IMG/VR virus record: IMGVR_UViG_2030936005_000025
Location: 128,001-192,000 of that record
DNA length: 64,000 bases
DNA from: a virus
Taxonomy: Duplodnaviria > Caudoviricetes
Strand: one strand, 5' to 3'
This document shows, piece by piece, positions 1 through 10,613 of the stretch. A program made the position numbers and the translations under genes. The notes below the pieces were generated by a model. The model was given only the letters and a program-made list of their open reading frames with translations, did no database searches and had not been told where the DNA came from. Positions within the stretch are counted from its first letter, which is position 1. The number at the start of each line of letters is the position of its first letter.

Positions 1-550
1 GCAACAGTTCAGAACGTACAGTGTTCTTCATGCTACTATCAGGTAATCCGAATTTCGGGAATTTAAGCGATTCTAAACCGTTGATGATACTCACTGCATC
101 TTCAGTGGTTTTGATGGAATCAATTTTGCCCAGCAGCGCAAGCTCTTTACTTGAGTAAGCTTCAACGTCCTGTAAAAATGATTTAAGTAAATCCATGGTT
201 TTCTGAAGATCAACCAACCCATCAATGATGTCAGCAGGTTTACCGTCACGTGTGACTTTCTTCAAAAACGCAGAGTTAAAGGTTAACTCATCTTTCAGGT
301 TCTCTTTACTTAAACGGTTGTGAGTATGTGCAATAAACATTCGGCGCGTACCCAATGTTTTCACAATACCACTCACAGCGGCCTTAGAAGCGTCAGAGAT
401 CGCTTTAAGTCCAGCATCGGTAGCTTTACCACCCACACCTTTAAGTTTATCCAGAACGTCCGAGAGGAAGGTTTCACACCCATCAACCCGGACATCCAAT
501 AAGATAAGTCCCTGAAGTGAGTCTTTTAAGACATCACGTTCATTCGACAT
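1..550 (-). CDS. Head/inner-body protein, phiKZ gp93-like (runs off the window's left edge)
   Basis: Translated by hand (not in the ORF track): MSNERDVLKDSLQGLILLDVRVDGCETFLSDVLDKLKG..., open to base 2. The ATG overlaps the stop of 540..1808. Contains a G-C-E|TF protease-type motif. Family call from synteny. Confidence 0.7.
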   Translation of the reverse strand, partial: MSNERDVLKDSLQGLILLDVRVDGCETFLSDVLDKLKGVGGKATDAGLKAISDASKAAVSGIVKTLGTRRMFIAHTHNRLSKENLKDELTFNSAFLKKVTRDGKPADIIDGLVDLQKTMDLLKSFLQDVEAYSSKELALLGKIDSIKTTEDAVSIINGLESLKFPKFGLPDSSMKNTVRSELL

Positions 551-1808
551 CGTAGCACTCCAGATGTAAACTCATCAGGGTTACCAAGTGACTAGCCAGA
601 ACAACCAAGCTATTGGATACCTGAGTTTTGAAACTGTTGACATCGTACTGGTAGTCAGCGGTGATTAAACCATACTGATACGCACGATCTTGCCCTGAGT
701 TCCCGTTACGTAATGTGGCAAGCACATCTTTCACGTCATCGGGGTTAAAGTTAACAGGGTCAGTTTCAACGTTCATGACTTTCAGTTTATCAATGATGCT
801 TCGGACCACATCACGAATAATAAAGATCTGCGTCAATGTAAGAACTTTCATCTTCGCTTTACCAGATCGCTCTGATCCATCTTTAATAACGTGATAGCCG
901 GTCATTGACAAGCTGTCAGCGTAGAGGGTGTTATCTGTCGGGATGATGATATTATCTTTCACCCAACGCTGATCCAAGGCAACTCCCTGGAACGCAACAC
1001 CGTCTAACATCGGGAAGGTTTGACGTGCAGCCAACATGCCGTCTTCATCGTTGTCCAATTTGGAACGCAGATTAAACAGTTTAGGGATTTGGCGATCGAT
1101 ATCTAGAATGTCATTGTTCTTGTCGTTACCGAAATAACGGATCACTGAATTCTTGAAACGAGTTTGTTCCATTTCCCAAACACGCAAGCAAGAGAAGATA
1201 TAATTCACTTCACCTTGCAGTTGTTTAGCCACATCTCCATTCAGGAGTTTGCCACCTTTAGAGATAGAACGCGAGATCAGCTCATTAAGCTCAACCTCAG
1301 TACATCCTTCTCTGATTTGTCCCACAACGTCCAGTAACGCATCTAGGGATTCCAGACGTGTATCCAGGACTTCAGTCGAGGTGGTCAATTCAACCCAGCT
1401 GCGGTGGAAGTTCTCCACCAACTGGTTCGCCCATCGCTTGATGTTTTTGTAGGTTTCCCCCAACATCTCTCTCAGGGTTTCAGCTCGAACACGACGCCAT
1501 TCTTTTGGCGTGATATTAATCCCGAATGCTTCGGCACCCACAATAGAGGTTGTGCCAGATTTGCTTACCTTCAGGTTTGAGTTCTGAGTAATCAGGTTAT
1601 CAACACTGGCGGCAATTTCGGGAGTAATCTGATAATCTTCGTTTTCTTCAACCTTGTTTAAGGCAGCTTGAATTTCCTCTTTCACTTTGAGGTTAACACG
1701 GAAGTTATCAATCGCGGAACGAGCTTCTTCAGTAAGCTTAGGGACACTCTGAACAGATGCGGGGTTAATTGCTGCTGCTTTCAGATCGCCGACTAAGCTA
1801 CTTGTCAT
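540..1808 (-). CDS. Virion head protein, phiKZ gp92-like (internal head paralog family)
   Basis: 422-aa ORF with a VGAE|AF processing motif followed by an amphipathic helix; position in the head operon. Confidence 0.6.
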   Translation of the reverse strand: MTSSLVGDLKAAAINPASVQSVPKLTEEARSAIDNFRVNLKVKEEIQAALNKVEENEDYQITPEIAASVDNLITQNSNLKVSKSGTTSIVGAEAFGINITPKEWRRVRAETLREMLGETYKNIKRWANQLVENFHRSWVELTTSTEVLDTRLESLDALLDVVGQIREGCTEVELNELISRSISKGGKLLNGDVAKQLQGEVNYIFSCLRVWEMEQTRFKNSVIRYFGNDKNNDILDIDRQIPKLFNLRSKLDNDEDGMLAARQTFPMLDGVAFQGVALDQRWVKDNIIIPTDNTLYADSLSMTGYHVIKDGSERSGKAKMKVLTLTQIFIIRDVVRSIIDKLKVMNVETDPVNFNPDDVKDVLATLRNGNSGQDRAYQYGLITADYQYDVNSFKTQVSNSLVVLASHLVTLMSLHLECYDVE

Positions 1809-2328
1809 AATAATAAATCCCGTCCATGCTCAGGCAGAACTTAGCAGCAAGCTCTGGACCGATCAACGCCATGAAGTCATAGAAGTGACGATCTTCGACA
1901 ACACTGAAGTCCACGTCTTCAACTTGATAGCTAACGGTATCCTGATGCGCGTTATAAATAAGTGAGGTAGGAATCGGCTCACCCTTGACGCTCATGTTCT
2001 GGATTCGGTTAAAGTCGATATTCAGTTGGTTGATAACAACCGTACCTGAGAATCGTCCTGCAATGTAACCAACGATCTTGCGAGCCAGCTCTTTACGGGC
2101 ACCGCCGCCATTACGGAAGTTCACAATCAACCAGTTACGGAAGTTGGCACCAATGTAACGACGGGTAATGTCGAAGATCTCTGCGTGTGCTTGTGCATCA
2201 CCCAGCAGTTGGTAGGAACCCCAGCCTTTCAAGAACGAGTTAATGATGCGTTCATTGTTTTCCAGGATTCCATTATCGAAATTTGCAGGGACTAAACCGA
2301 ATTTAAGATACTTAAACTCAGTTGCCAT
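1798..2328 (-). CDS. Conserved protein of the head operon (phiKZ gp91-like); likely start MATEFKY at 2328
   Basis: The ATG at 2328 overlaps the end of the upstream gene. The longer track ORF (to 2421) lies inside that gene. Confidence 0.55.
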   Translation of the reverse strand: MATEFKYLKFGLVPANFDNGILENNERIINSFLKGWGSYQLLGDAQAHAEIFDITRRYIGANFRNWLIVNFRNGGGARKELARKIVGYIAGRFSGTVVINQLNIDFNRIQNMSVKGEPIPTSLIYNAHQDTVSYQVEDVDFSVVEDRHFYDFMALIGPELAAKFCLSMDGIYYYDK

Positions 2329-3190
2329 ATCGCGCCTCGATTTGGGCAATCTTACCCTGTTTCTTGATGATCTCGTCCTGATAGACTTCGATCTGACGTT
2401 CCAGTGCTGGATCTTCCACACCGGTGCGGCGGTTGTTCAGGCGAGCGATCTTCATAGCCAACATGTCAACATCCGCATTGGAGTCGATGATGGTTTTGAT
2501 ATCTTTCTTCATACGCTGACGTTTCCACCAGTACAGTGGGTTCAGCTGATGAGGTGCCAGGTTACGTTGAACCGATACCGCTTTGTCGCCAACAGTAGAA
2601 CGCAGAATCTCTTCAGACTGTGCATCATACGGCTCGTCAGTCAGATCGTCGATCATGGTCTCCAGCACTTTGGTAGGCTGAGAGAACTTGACCAGCAAGT
2701 TAGAGAAGTACTTTGACGTGTTGTTGAAGAAAGCCAGATCGACTTTAGTCAAGAACGTGTTCATGTTCACTTCTTTGGTTGCTTCGGTCAGAACGATATC
2801 CAACACCAGGCCGGCATAACGGTTGAAGAAGTTGACGGATGAAATAGAATCCAGAATACCTTTCTCTTGGAAAGTAATGGTTTCAGTGTCAAACGTCTCA
2901 GTCTTACCTTTAACGATACGGTCACGGAGTTTCGGTACCCAAGCCAGAAGCTGTTTGATAGCGAAGTCCATGGTGCCAATCAGGTTGCTGCGAGAATCAA
3001 TCTGCTTGCGCACGTCGTTCTCAATGCCTTTCAGTACAGCGTTACGCTGAACATAGGCTTCAACCGCAGCCATGTTGTCACTGTTATCGCGCAGCAGCGC
3101 AATAGTGTCTGACAGGCCACGCAGATACACGAGTTCTTTATCGATGGATACAATCACATCGCTTTTGGGAGTATCACTAATAATGATCAT
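2318..3190 (-). CDS. Virion structural protein, phiKZ gp90-like
   Basis: 290-aa helical ORF; synteny with the gp87-gp93 block. Confidence 0.55.
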   Translation of the reverse strand: MIIISDTPKSDVIVSIDKELVYLRGLSDTIALLRDNSDNMAAVEAYVQRNAVLKGIENDVRKQIDSRSNLIGTMDFAIKQLLAWVPKLRDRIVKGKTETFDTETITFQEKGILDSISSVNFFNRYAGLVLDIVLTEATKEVNMNTFLTKVDLAFFNNTSKYFSNLLVKFSQPTKVLETMIDDLTDEPYDAQSEEILRSTVGDKAVSVQRNLAPHQLNPLYWWKRQRMKKDIKTIIDSNADVDMLAMKIARLNNRRTGVEDPALERQIEVYQDEIIKKQGKIAQIEARYGN

Positions 3191-3193
3191 GAA

Positions 3194-4276
3194 TTAACGT
3201 CCACCAAACAGTTTTGCCAGAGAAGCCAGATCCATTGACGTGTCTTTCTTAGCGCTCACGGTGATCTGACGTTGTGTCCATACTTCAGGCATGTTGTTAC
3301 CAGCATAGTAGAAGGTAAACAGACCCAAGGCATCGTCAACAACAACGATAGTGTTAGCCAGAACCGCTTTACGGATCTTGTTGATACCAGAACCATCGAA
3401 ACGTACGCCCAGCTCCAGCTCGATGTTGCGAGCAGACTCTGAAGACATGATGATGGTGTTAGCCTGGGTGTTAAAGCTCACGATACCGGTACGCATAGCC
3501 GCCAAGTTGTTCTTGGTAGCACGATCGGTAACTTCGCTGTAGTAGCCCGACAGATCGTTTTTGCGAATCTGGAATTCACGTCTGATCTCATCTTCACCGG
3601 TCAGCAGTTCAGGCGAAGTGATCTCACCAGACTTGGCCATCATGATACGCGCGACCCAACCATCCTGCGGACGTGCAGCTTCGAAGATCTTTTGAAGATC
3701 GTTCGCACTTACTGGTACCGGAGTCTGACGGAAAGTCAGAGGGAAGGTTAAGGTAACGCCGTCAATGGTGACAGATGCATCAACAGTACGACCCACAGCC
3801 AGTGGTTTATAGTCCTGGAGATCAGCAACTTGTTTACCATTAATAGTAACAACGTTCTGCTGAACTTTCTTACCGGCAGGCTGACCAAAAGACTCAGCGC
3901 CCTGCAAAGCCAAGAAACCACTACGGCGTGGCTGAATTGAATCAACCAGGTCAGATACCTTGATGCCGTTCACACTGCCCTGTTGAGAGAAGTGGGAAAG
4001 CACGTCGTTGATATCGCGCAGGTTAATGATCGTCATCAGGTCACTCATGTAGTCCTGATGGATAAGGGTATCTTCGATAGCAACTAAAGGCGAGATCAGC
4101 GTTTTGGATGCAGACTTAGCGAGACTACCAGTCTGAAGAACATTGTATGTCGCCGCTGCGCCATCAATGATTTTACCAGCCGTTTCCACACCTTTCTTAC
4201 TAGCACCGAAGTTAGTAGCTAGCTGAAGCAGCGTAGCTCCTAAAGAAAGAGCTTGAGGAATCATTACGTACTCCAT
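3194..4276 (-). CDS. Virion structural protein, phiKZ gp89-like (start may be MIPQ at 4264)
   Basis: 360-aa ORF with LQGAE|SF motif; GGAG Shine-Dalgarno precedes the second Met; synteny. Confidence 0.55.
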   Translation of the reverse strand: MEYVMIPQALSLGATLLQLATNFGASKKGVETAGKIIDGAAATYNVLQTGSLAKSASKTLISPLVAIEDTLIHQDYMSDLMTIINLRDINDVLSHFSQQGSVNGIKVSDLVDSIQPRRSGFLALQGAESFGQPAGKKVQQNVVTINGKQVADLQDYKPLAVGRTVDASVTIDGVTLTFPLTFRQTPVPVSANDLQKIFEAARPQDGWVARIMMAKSGEITSPELLTGEDEIRREFQIRKNDLSGYYSEVTDRATKNNLAAMRTGIVSFNTQANTIIMSSESARNIELELGVRFDGSGINKIRKAVLANTIVVVDDALGLFTFYYAGNNMPEVWTQRQITVSAKKDTSMDLASLAKLFGGR

Positions 4277-4288
4277 TAAGGTTTATTT

Positions 4289-5341
4289 ATGAGTTCAAAT
4301 GAAAATGATTTTACAAATTATTCAGGAGAGAACCTACCAAATAGAGAGGAATTGTTCGACGCATCTCTTCTAGAAGGAACTTCTCCTGGATGGTCATCGC
4401 CTTTAATTAACTCTTTAAGAGGGTTAAAGATCCTAGGTCAGGGCCCGGCAATGATGCCGTTATCCGATAACACCATAGGATTGCCGTTTGTTACGCGACC
4501 ACAGTTAAATCTCACAGATGATAATATTACTCGCTCAGAGAAGCTTGTGAGTCTGTATGGAGCCGGTCAGAATAGCATCGGTGCATATATAAGAGGGATG
4601 TTAGACGAACGCTGGGCAGCAGCGAATGCAGGTAAGATCCTGGATAACCGTATGCCGTTTATTGTTCCTCTCACTACCTTTATTAAAACCTCTACGGGGT
4701 TCAGTGATCTTCAGTTATCTATTGAGACATCTGAACCAGGATTACGTAGCCAGGTTTATCAGCGTGTCGCCAGTAAGCTTGAAGAGAACGGTTCATTCAG
4801 TATTAACCAAACTTACTATAACCCTAAACCTTCTGTTATCCAGGCACTGTTCCAGTACTGGGAGGACTATATTTCAGAAGTAGTTTCGGGTGACCGCCAA
4901 GTCACACCTCGTGATTGGTACTTGATGAGTAACCGTATTGATTACGATTGCCGCATCTATCACTTGATCATGAATAAAGATGCCATGTTCCTGGAACACA
5001 TCTTTGCGACTGTTCAATCTATTCCAACGACTTACCCTGCTGGAGCGATTGCTTCAATCGATACCACCCAGAACACGTTGCGTGGTGAAGGTCAGGATGA
5101 CTTTACGATTCAGTTCTCATCAGTGGGTCAGCGTCAGGATGAATTTGGATTGATCCAATCGTTCAATGAACATAGTTTCCTTTATAACCCGAACATCAGA
5201 CCAGAAACGCGTAACAATTATTACCGTGAGTTATCAACGGATGAATACATTGCTTACAGTGGTGGTGCTTATCCTCTATTACTACCACGCTTTGAAAAAG
5301 GACGTGGTGGCATTAAGTTAACATGGTGGGTTCCTAAATGA
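4289..5341 (+). CDS. Virion protein, phiKZ gp88-like (possible tube/hub-fold baseplate protein)
   Basis: 350 aa, TAAGG SD, coupled to the 991-aa gene; synteny. The fold is inference. Confidence 0.5.
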   Translation: MSSNENDFTNYSGENLPNREELFDASLLEGTSPGWSSPLINSLRGLKILGQGPAMMPLSDNTIGLPFVTRPQLNLTDDNITRSEKLVSLYGAGQNSIGAYIRGMLDERWAAANAGKILDNRMPFIVPLTTFIKTSTGFSDLQLSIETSEPGLRSQVYQRVASKLEENGSFSINQTYYNPKPSVIQALFQYWEDYISEVVSGDRQVTPRDWYLMSNRIDYDCRIYHLIMNKDAMFLEHIFATVQSIPTTYPAGAIASIDTTQNTLRGEGQDDFTIQFSSVGQRQDEFGLIQSFNEHSFLYNPNIRPETRNNYYRELSTDEYIAYSGGAYPLLLPRFEKGRGGIKLTWWVPK

Positions 5342-8313
5342 GTAGTAGCATGACTTTTGATGAATTAAACAAGATCTCGAACAACCCCAGCCGTGTCATA
5401 CCCACAATCTTCAACAACATTGAATCGACCTTTACCGCCGGTCAAGGTACGTTAAACTCAGCAGATCACCCGTTTGCCTTTATGGTGGATTTGGTTACAG
5501 GCAATGCCTTTAACTTTATCTCTCGTTTAGGGGATGCAGAAGCCGGACAGTTCCGTGTTCACGCACGCAACATCGGTGATCTGTCTAAATCCATGAGTGA
5601 TGAAGATTGGTACGGGGTATACGGTGCTCCAAGTTCGACCACGATTCGTTTCATTATCTCTGAAGAGACATTGGACGAAGTCGCTGTTCGTTACACTGAA
5701 ACCAGTGGGACATTGGACAACACGTACCGCAAGCTGGTTATTCCACCGGATTCCGTATTCAACATTGCAGGTATTCCTTTCTTGCTTGAGAACCCTGTTG
5801 AAATCCGTGTGATGGATCATGGTGGTTATGAGGTGGTTTATGACAGTACGCGTCAGTCTAAGCTGAATCCGCTGTCAACCAACACTCCAGATGTTACTTA
5901 TCTGGATATTGACCGTCTTCGTTATTTAGCGATTCATCTTCCTGTTCGCCAGTTGAAGATTACTCCGCAGAATAACAAACCGATTAACGCCAACGCCGGT
6001 TTCCGTGAAGTCATCACATATGAAGATGATATCTACGCGGTTCGTGCTTTCATTACCCCGGATGGCAGTACTCGTCGTTCTGAGATGGCTGTTATCTATA
6101 ATAATGAAAACTACGACCCTAATCAGGCAACGTTAGTTATCGATCTGAAAACGGACAGTACGTTTGAAGCCTCTGTTCCACCTGTGTACACACAGAACGG
6201 AATGATCACGTCAGCCCGTATTACCATTCTGGTTTATACCACGCAAGGTAAAATGTACCGTGACCTGTCAACGCTTGAGAACCAGTACTTCACGTATGAG
6301 TTCTTTGACTATGCGAATGACAACGGTGCATTGGATCAGTTTGAAAAACCACTGGCTAAAATCAACACGCTGTTAGTTGATGTACTGGCACCGATCATCG
6401 GTGGCGCAGATGCCATGCCGTTCCAACAACTTAAAGACTTGATGATCTACGGTCATCGTCAGCGTCTGATTCCAATCAGTAACAATGACATTTCTCAGTT
6501 CCTGTTAACCAATGGTTACTCGTCTGTGAAATCCATCGACTTGGTAACCGATCGTCTCTATCGTGTTACTAAAGATCTTCCTGTCCAGGATTCCAAACTT
6601 TATACCGACAGTAGTGTGGCGAGCTTTAACTCGTCTATGGGTGTGAACGTAGGATCCGTTCTAACGAGCCTGGAAGAGTTGATTGCGTCAGGTTGGGGGA
6701 TTGATAACGGTTTGCGTGTCACGTTACCACAGGGGTCTGTATTCGATATCACGAAGCAGACCCCTTACATGGTATCGAAACTTGACTATCAGAACTTGAT
6801 GAGTTCAAGTAACCAAACCAAGATCGATACGATGGCCAAGAAGACCATGGTTTACACACCGTTTACCTACGTCTTTGATACCACCAAGAATCGTGCAGTG
6901 TGTCGTATCTATCGCACCAATCATCCTAGCATACGTTATCAGACCTTCCGCTTTGAGAACGCAAATCTGGGTCTTCAGGTTAGTGTGGCGAATATCGGTA
7001 TCGAATATACTGATGACGGTTACAAGATCACGATCCAAACCAGCTCAACGGATGCGTATAAGAATCTGGCAAATGACTCTGTGGGTCTGCAGCTTTCCTT
7101 TACGCCGTCAGGTGTTGCGTCGCCGATCACCATGCGTGCTGAACTGGCCGGTGTGACTGAGGATAAAGAACGTCGTTTCGTGTTCACCATCCCAAGTAAC
7201 TTTGACATCACTGATGCCGATTTGATCGGAGTCTCTGGCTTCAATCAGTTTGGTCAACCTGTTAGTCAGAGTTTTGTGGATCTCCAGACCACAGCGACAT
7301 TCATCTTTACATTGGGTGGCTCAGGGTTAACATTAACCTCTGCTTCTGATATGAAGATCGATCAGACCTTGTTCAACAAAACCAACATCTCGATCATTGA
7401 AACCGATTACGTTGTAGAGTTCGGCCGGAACTTAGGTTCGCTCTTTACGCGTGTTCGTCCAATGGTGGGTGAAGGTGAGTATGAGAAGTATCTGAACAAC
7501 GTTCCTGAAGTTTATCCAACAGACACTTACCAATACACCACCGTTACCAATCCTGACGGAAGTACGATTCGTAAGTTGGTTCTGGTTGATGGTCTGCCTG
7601 TGATTGAACACAAAGCAGGTACGCAGGTCATTGCTGCTGATGGAACTCCGGTATGGCGTTTCCTGAAAGGTCAAACGGTTTATGATGACCAGAATAAACC
7701 GGTTCTGTTGTCTCCACGTAAACTGAACTACTACTGGGACTTCATCGGCTTTGACTTCTCTTACAAGCTTTCTCAGGACGCCTATGATACGGCTTATATG
7801 GAAAGCACTGAGTCGTTCTTTGTGGATCAGGTGGTTGCTCAGTTGGATTCATTCAACACGATCACACTTGATGAAACGAAGCTGGTATTCAAACCCCGTT
7901 CAACAATGGGCTTCACGAAGACTATTGTCAATGAGATGATTGAACGCACGCTTAAGAATGATCTCAGCTTCAGTGTTGTTTATATGCTCACACAAAACGG
8001 TATGCGTAATCAGAATCTCAAAGATAACCTGAATACGTCAACACACACGCTGATTAACACAGCGTTGCTGAAAGATACCGTGTCTCACAGTGCGATCATT
8101 ACCACACTGAAAGAGAACGGTGGTTCTGAAGTTATTGATGTGCATCTTACTGTGATGGCGGGTGACTATGAAGTCGATGCTATTACAAATGTAGATAGCA
8201 CCAATGGGTTCAGTGTCACTAAGAACATTGAACAGACTGCAGATAAATTCCTGACCATTAAGGAAGCTATCGAGATTCAGTTCAAACGTCACTTGCCTGA
8301 CTCTTTCGTTTAA
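5338..8313 (+). CDS. Large virion protein, phiKZ gp87-like, probable baseplate wedge subunit
   Basis: 991 aa, beta-rich. RQRLIPISNNDISQFL resembles the T4 gp6/BppJ 'Q.RaVT..DY' segment. Synteny. Confidence 0.6.
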   Translation: MSSSMTFDELNKISNNPSRVIPTIFNNIESTFTAGQGTLNSADHPFAFMVDLVTGNAFNFISRLGDAEAGQFRVHARNIGDLSKSMSDEDWYGVYGAPSSTTIRFIISEETLDEVAVRYTETSGTLDNTYRKLVIPPDSVFNIAGIPFLLENPVEIRVMDHGGYEVVYDSTRQSKLNPLSTNTPDVTYLDIDRLRYLAIHLPVRQLKITPQNNKPINANAGFREVITYEDDIYAVRAFITPDGSTRRSEMAVIYNNENYDPNQATLVIDLKTDSTFEASVPPVYTQNGMITSARITILVYTTQGKMYRDLSTLENQYFTYEFFDYANDNGALDQFEKPLAKINTLLVDVLAPIIGGADAMPFQQLKDLMIYGHRQRLIPISNNDISQFLLTNGYSSVKSIDLVTDRLYRVTKDLPVQDSKLYTDSSVASFNSSMGVNVGSVLTSLEELIASGWGIDNGLRVTLPQGSVFDITKQTPYMVSKLDYQNLMSSSNQTKIDTMAKKTMVYTPFTYVFDTTKNRAVCRIYRTNHPSIRYQTFRFENANLGLQVSVANIGIEYTDDGYKITIQTSSTDAYKNLANDSVGLQLSFTPSGVASPITMRAELAGVTEDKERRFVFTIPSNFDITDADLIGVSGFNQFGQPVSQSFVDLQTTATFIFTLGGSGLTLTSASDMKIDQTLFNKTNISIIETDYVVEFGRNLGSLFTRVRPMVGEGEYEKYLNNVPEVYPTDTYQYTTVTNPDGSTIRKLVLVDGLPVIEHKAGTQVIAADGTPVWRFLKGQTVYDDQNKPVLLSPRKLNYYWDFIGFDFSYKLSQDAYDTAYMESTESFFVDQVVAQLDSFNTITLDETKLVFKPRSTMGFTKTIVNEMIERTLKNDLSFSVVYMLTQNGMRNQNLKDNLNTSTHTLINTALLKDTVSHSAIITTLKENGGSEVIDVHLTVMAGDYEVDAITNVDSTNGFSVTKNIEQTADKFLTIKEAIEIQFKRHLPDSFV

Positions 8314-8324
8314 GCAAACATAAC

Positions 8325-8352
8325 CCCTACCCCTCCGTAAGGAAGGGTAGGG
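8325..8352. terminator. Bidirectional hairpin between convergent genes
   Basis: CCCTACCCCTCC-GTAA-GGAAGGGTAGGG. Confidence 0.75.
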
Positions 8353-8364
8353 AATTATGCAAGT

Positions 8365-9021
8365 TTAGAACTCAGTAAACGTATCGAGGTAATCGATATA
8401 TCCGCGCAGTGATTCCAGATTGTAATCACAGTTCAGATTGTTCACGTCATAGAGATGACTTGACCATTTAAGAATCGCTTCATCATTGTCAATCTTCCCG
8501 ACCAGAGTTTGCAAGTCTGATGTCAGGTAGTCAATCCATTCAAACGGTTTGACTTCTGACCATTGATCTGCTTTGATGACAACACGCATGTCACCGCTCT
8601 GGAACAGGGTAATCAGACGCGCTACAGCACGACGTAAGAACACTTGACGTTCATGCTTGTCACTCAGTGTCGTTTCATCTAAACGACGTGAGGTTTCAAG
8701 AATGTACTCAGCGATCAAACGCAGTAATGACAGACGAGCCTGTTGCAGTGCTTGACCGTAACCAATGGTGATTGGATGTTCCATAATAAAATGACGAGTA
8801 TCGCGAGCGTTACCTTGCGTTTTACTGGACACTAAACAGATAGCCAGTTGATCACGTCCTGCAACCTCAGGAAGATTAAACACTTCCTCGATGAAGGCCA
8901 AGCAACCTTTCTTACAACGGGGTTCCTTCGTAAAGGTATCCGTGTGTTCCAGGAACTTGTTGTATTGCTTCTGATCAATTACCAGGCGATCCAATACGGC
9001 AAAGATTTCTTCTTTTTGCAT
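8365..9021 (-). CDS. Hypothetical protein (218 aa)
   Basis: Fills the gap in the minus-strand operon; SD-like AGGA upstream. Confidence 0.6.
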   Translation of the reverse strand: MQKEEIFAVLDRLVIDQKQYNKFLEHTDTFTKEPRCKKGCLAFIEEVFNLPEVAGRDQLAICLVSSKTQGNARDTRHFIMEHPITIGYGQALQQARLSLLRLIAEYILETSRRLDETTLSDKHERQVFLRRAVARLITLFQSGDMRVVIKADQWSEVKPFEWIDYLTSDLQTLVGKIDNDEAILKWSSHLYDVNNLNCDYNLESLRGYIDYLDTFTEF

Positions 9022-9026
9022 ATCGG

Positions 9027-10601
9027 TTAAATCCTGCTTTGAACGCCCATGGCTTTCAGCCCGGCATTAACACGTTCGATGATTTTGAAGTTCTTACGCA
9101 GATCACCCGTCTTAGCACGGTACGTCATTAACGCACTGCCGATGTACGGATGCTTCGCCAGATACAGTTGGTCGTAATTGACATTAGAGGTCGTGTCAAT
9201 ACGGTTACCTGCATTGTCATAAACCGCCGTAATCTTATTCCCGTTCTCATTCAGCAACTCTTTTTCAGTGTTGATGATCGTGTTCAGGTCTTTAGACAGG
9301 TAGGTGTACATCAGCTTGTCAACTTTAACAGACCAGTTAACAATGCCGGCGATGCTACGACGAACGTTACCGCTAACAGTAACCAACTGATTCAACGCCC
9401 AGGTGTATTCGTTAATGGTTGAGCAGTATGACGTATAAGTCATTTTCAGCACACCCGCTTTATCGAACACGGCATCGATAGATTCAATCAGTTCTGCATC
9501 TTTAACTTCGATGACATCTTTCAGGAACTTCAGCGTATCTGGATCAAACGGTACAGAAGCCTTGAGCATAATGGTACCCATACGCTCACCAACTTTCTTC
9601 ACCTTCTCATAGTCCGCAGGAGTAACACGAACTGGGATAGATTTTTCCAGCACATCTTTAGCTGCTGTCAGGTTCTGTTTGAATGCTTTATCAGCACCCA
9701 CTGAACCGAGATCGATATCGTACGCTTGATCAACCAGCTTAGCGAGTTGTTTACGGATTGGATCCGGGTTCAACACCACGCCGACTTCGTTGTCCAGCAT
9801 GTTACGGAACTCGATGATGTCAGCATTGGTGAAGTTCTCTTTATCTTCCCATGCTTTACGTAACTTAGCCACAGCCTGCTGATAGCGCCCACGAGACTGA
9901 CGAGCATTATGGCCCGCATTCTTAATGGTGGTTTCAATGCCTTCCAGATCACCCTGCAGTTTAGCCAGGACATCAATCTGATCGATGATTGATTTGTTAC
10001 GGTTGTGAATGATGTTAAAGGCATCGCGCTGTGTTACTTCATTAGGCAATGCTTCAAACATCTCAGCGATATCCAGATCAACTTTATCCGCACCAATCAG
10101 AGAACTGAGCAGTGAGACCAATTGCTTTCTGACATCTTCGCTGTGTTCCGCTACAATCGCTAACTCTTTCTCGGTTTTCTCGAAACCAAGCAGAGTACGA
10201 ATACGCAGAACAATCCAATCGATCACCGCTAACAGGAATTTCTTCGCTGCTTTGATGATTGCCAGGAAACCTGTCTTCAGGGTGCTTAAGAATGACTCAC
10301 CACCGCGAATGCCATTCATGCGGTCGTACATTGGCATCATGCTTTCACAACCGCTGATCTTCAGAACAGAGAAGCCTGAAGGGTGAAGACGTTTGTTGTT
10401 CAAATACTCACGACAGTTAGCAGCCAGCGTGTTCAACGCTTCTTGACCAGTAACTTCATAAGTTTCATCCAGAGAGATGTATTCCGTGCCCTCTTTGTCC
10501 TTCACAACAGAAACTTTGTCGGTAGGAGTCTGAGGGCTGAGCTGCAACACTGTGCTTAACTCAATGGAATCGTCATCAGTCTTTTGTGCTTGTTCAGACA
10601 T
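9027..10601 (-). CDS. Internal head (ejection-type) protein, phiKZ gp86/SPN3US gp45-47-like
   Basis: 524 aa. Acidic propeptide with TGQE|AL, SGCE|SM and RGGE|SF motifs, then the amphipathic helix FLSTLKTGFLAIIKAAKKFLLAVIDWI. Confidence 0.6.
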   Translation of the reverse strand: MSEQAQKTDDDSIELSTVLQLSPQTPTDKVSVVKDKEGTEYISLDETYEVTGQEALNTLAANCREYLNNKRLHPSGFSVLKISGCESMMPMYDRMNGIRGGESFLSTLKTGFLAIIKAAKKFLLAVIDWIVLRIRTLLGFEKTEKELAIVAEHSEDVRKQLVSLLSSLIGADKVDLDIAEMFEALPNEVTQRDAFNIIHNRNKSIIDQIDVLAKLQGDLEGIETTIKNAGHNARQSRGRYQQAVAKLRKAWEDKENFTNADIIEFRNMLDNEVGVVLNPDPIRKQLAKLVDQAYDIDLGSVGADKAFKQNLTAAKDVLEKSIPVRVTPADYEKVKKVGERMGTIMLKASVPFDPDTLKFLKDVIEVKDAELIESIDAVFDKAGVLKMTYTSYCSTINEYTWALNQLVTVSGNVRRSIAGIVNWSVKVDKLMYTYLSKDLNTIINTEKELLNENGNKITAVYDNAGNRIDTTSNVNYDQLYLAKHPYIGSALMTYRAKTGDLRKNFKIIERVNAGLKAMGVQSRI

Positions 10602-10613
10602 GATGACTCCTTA

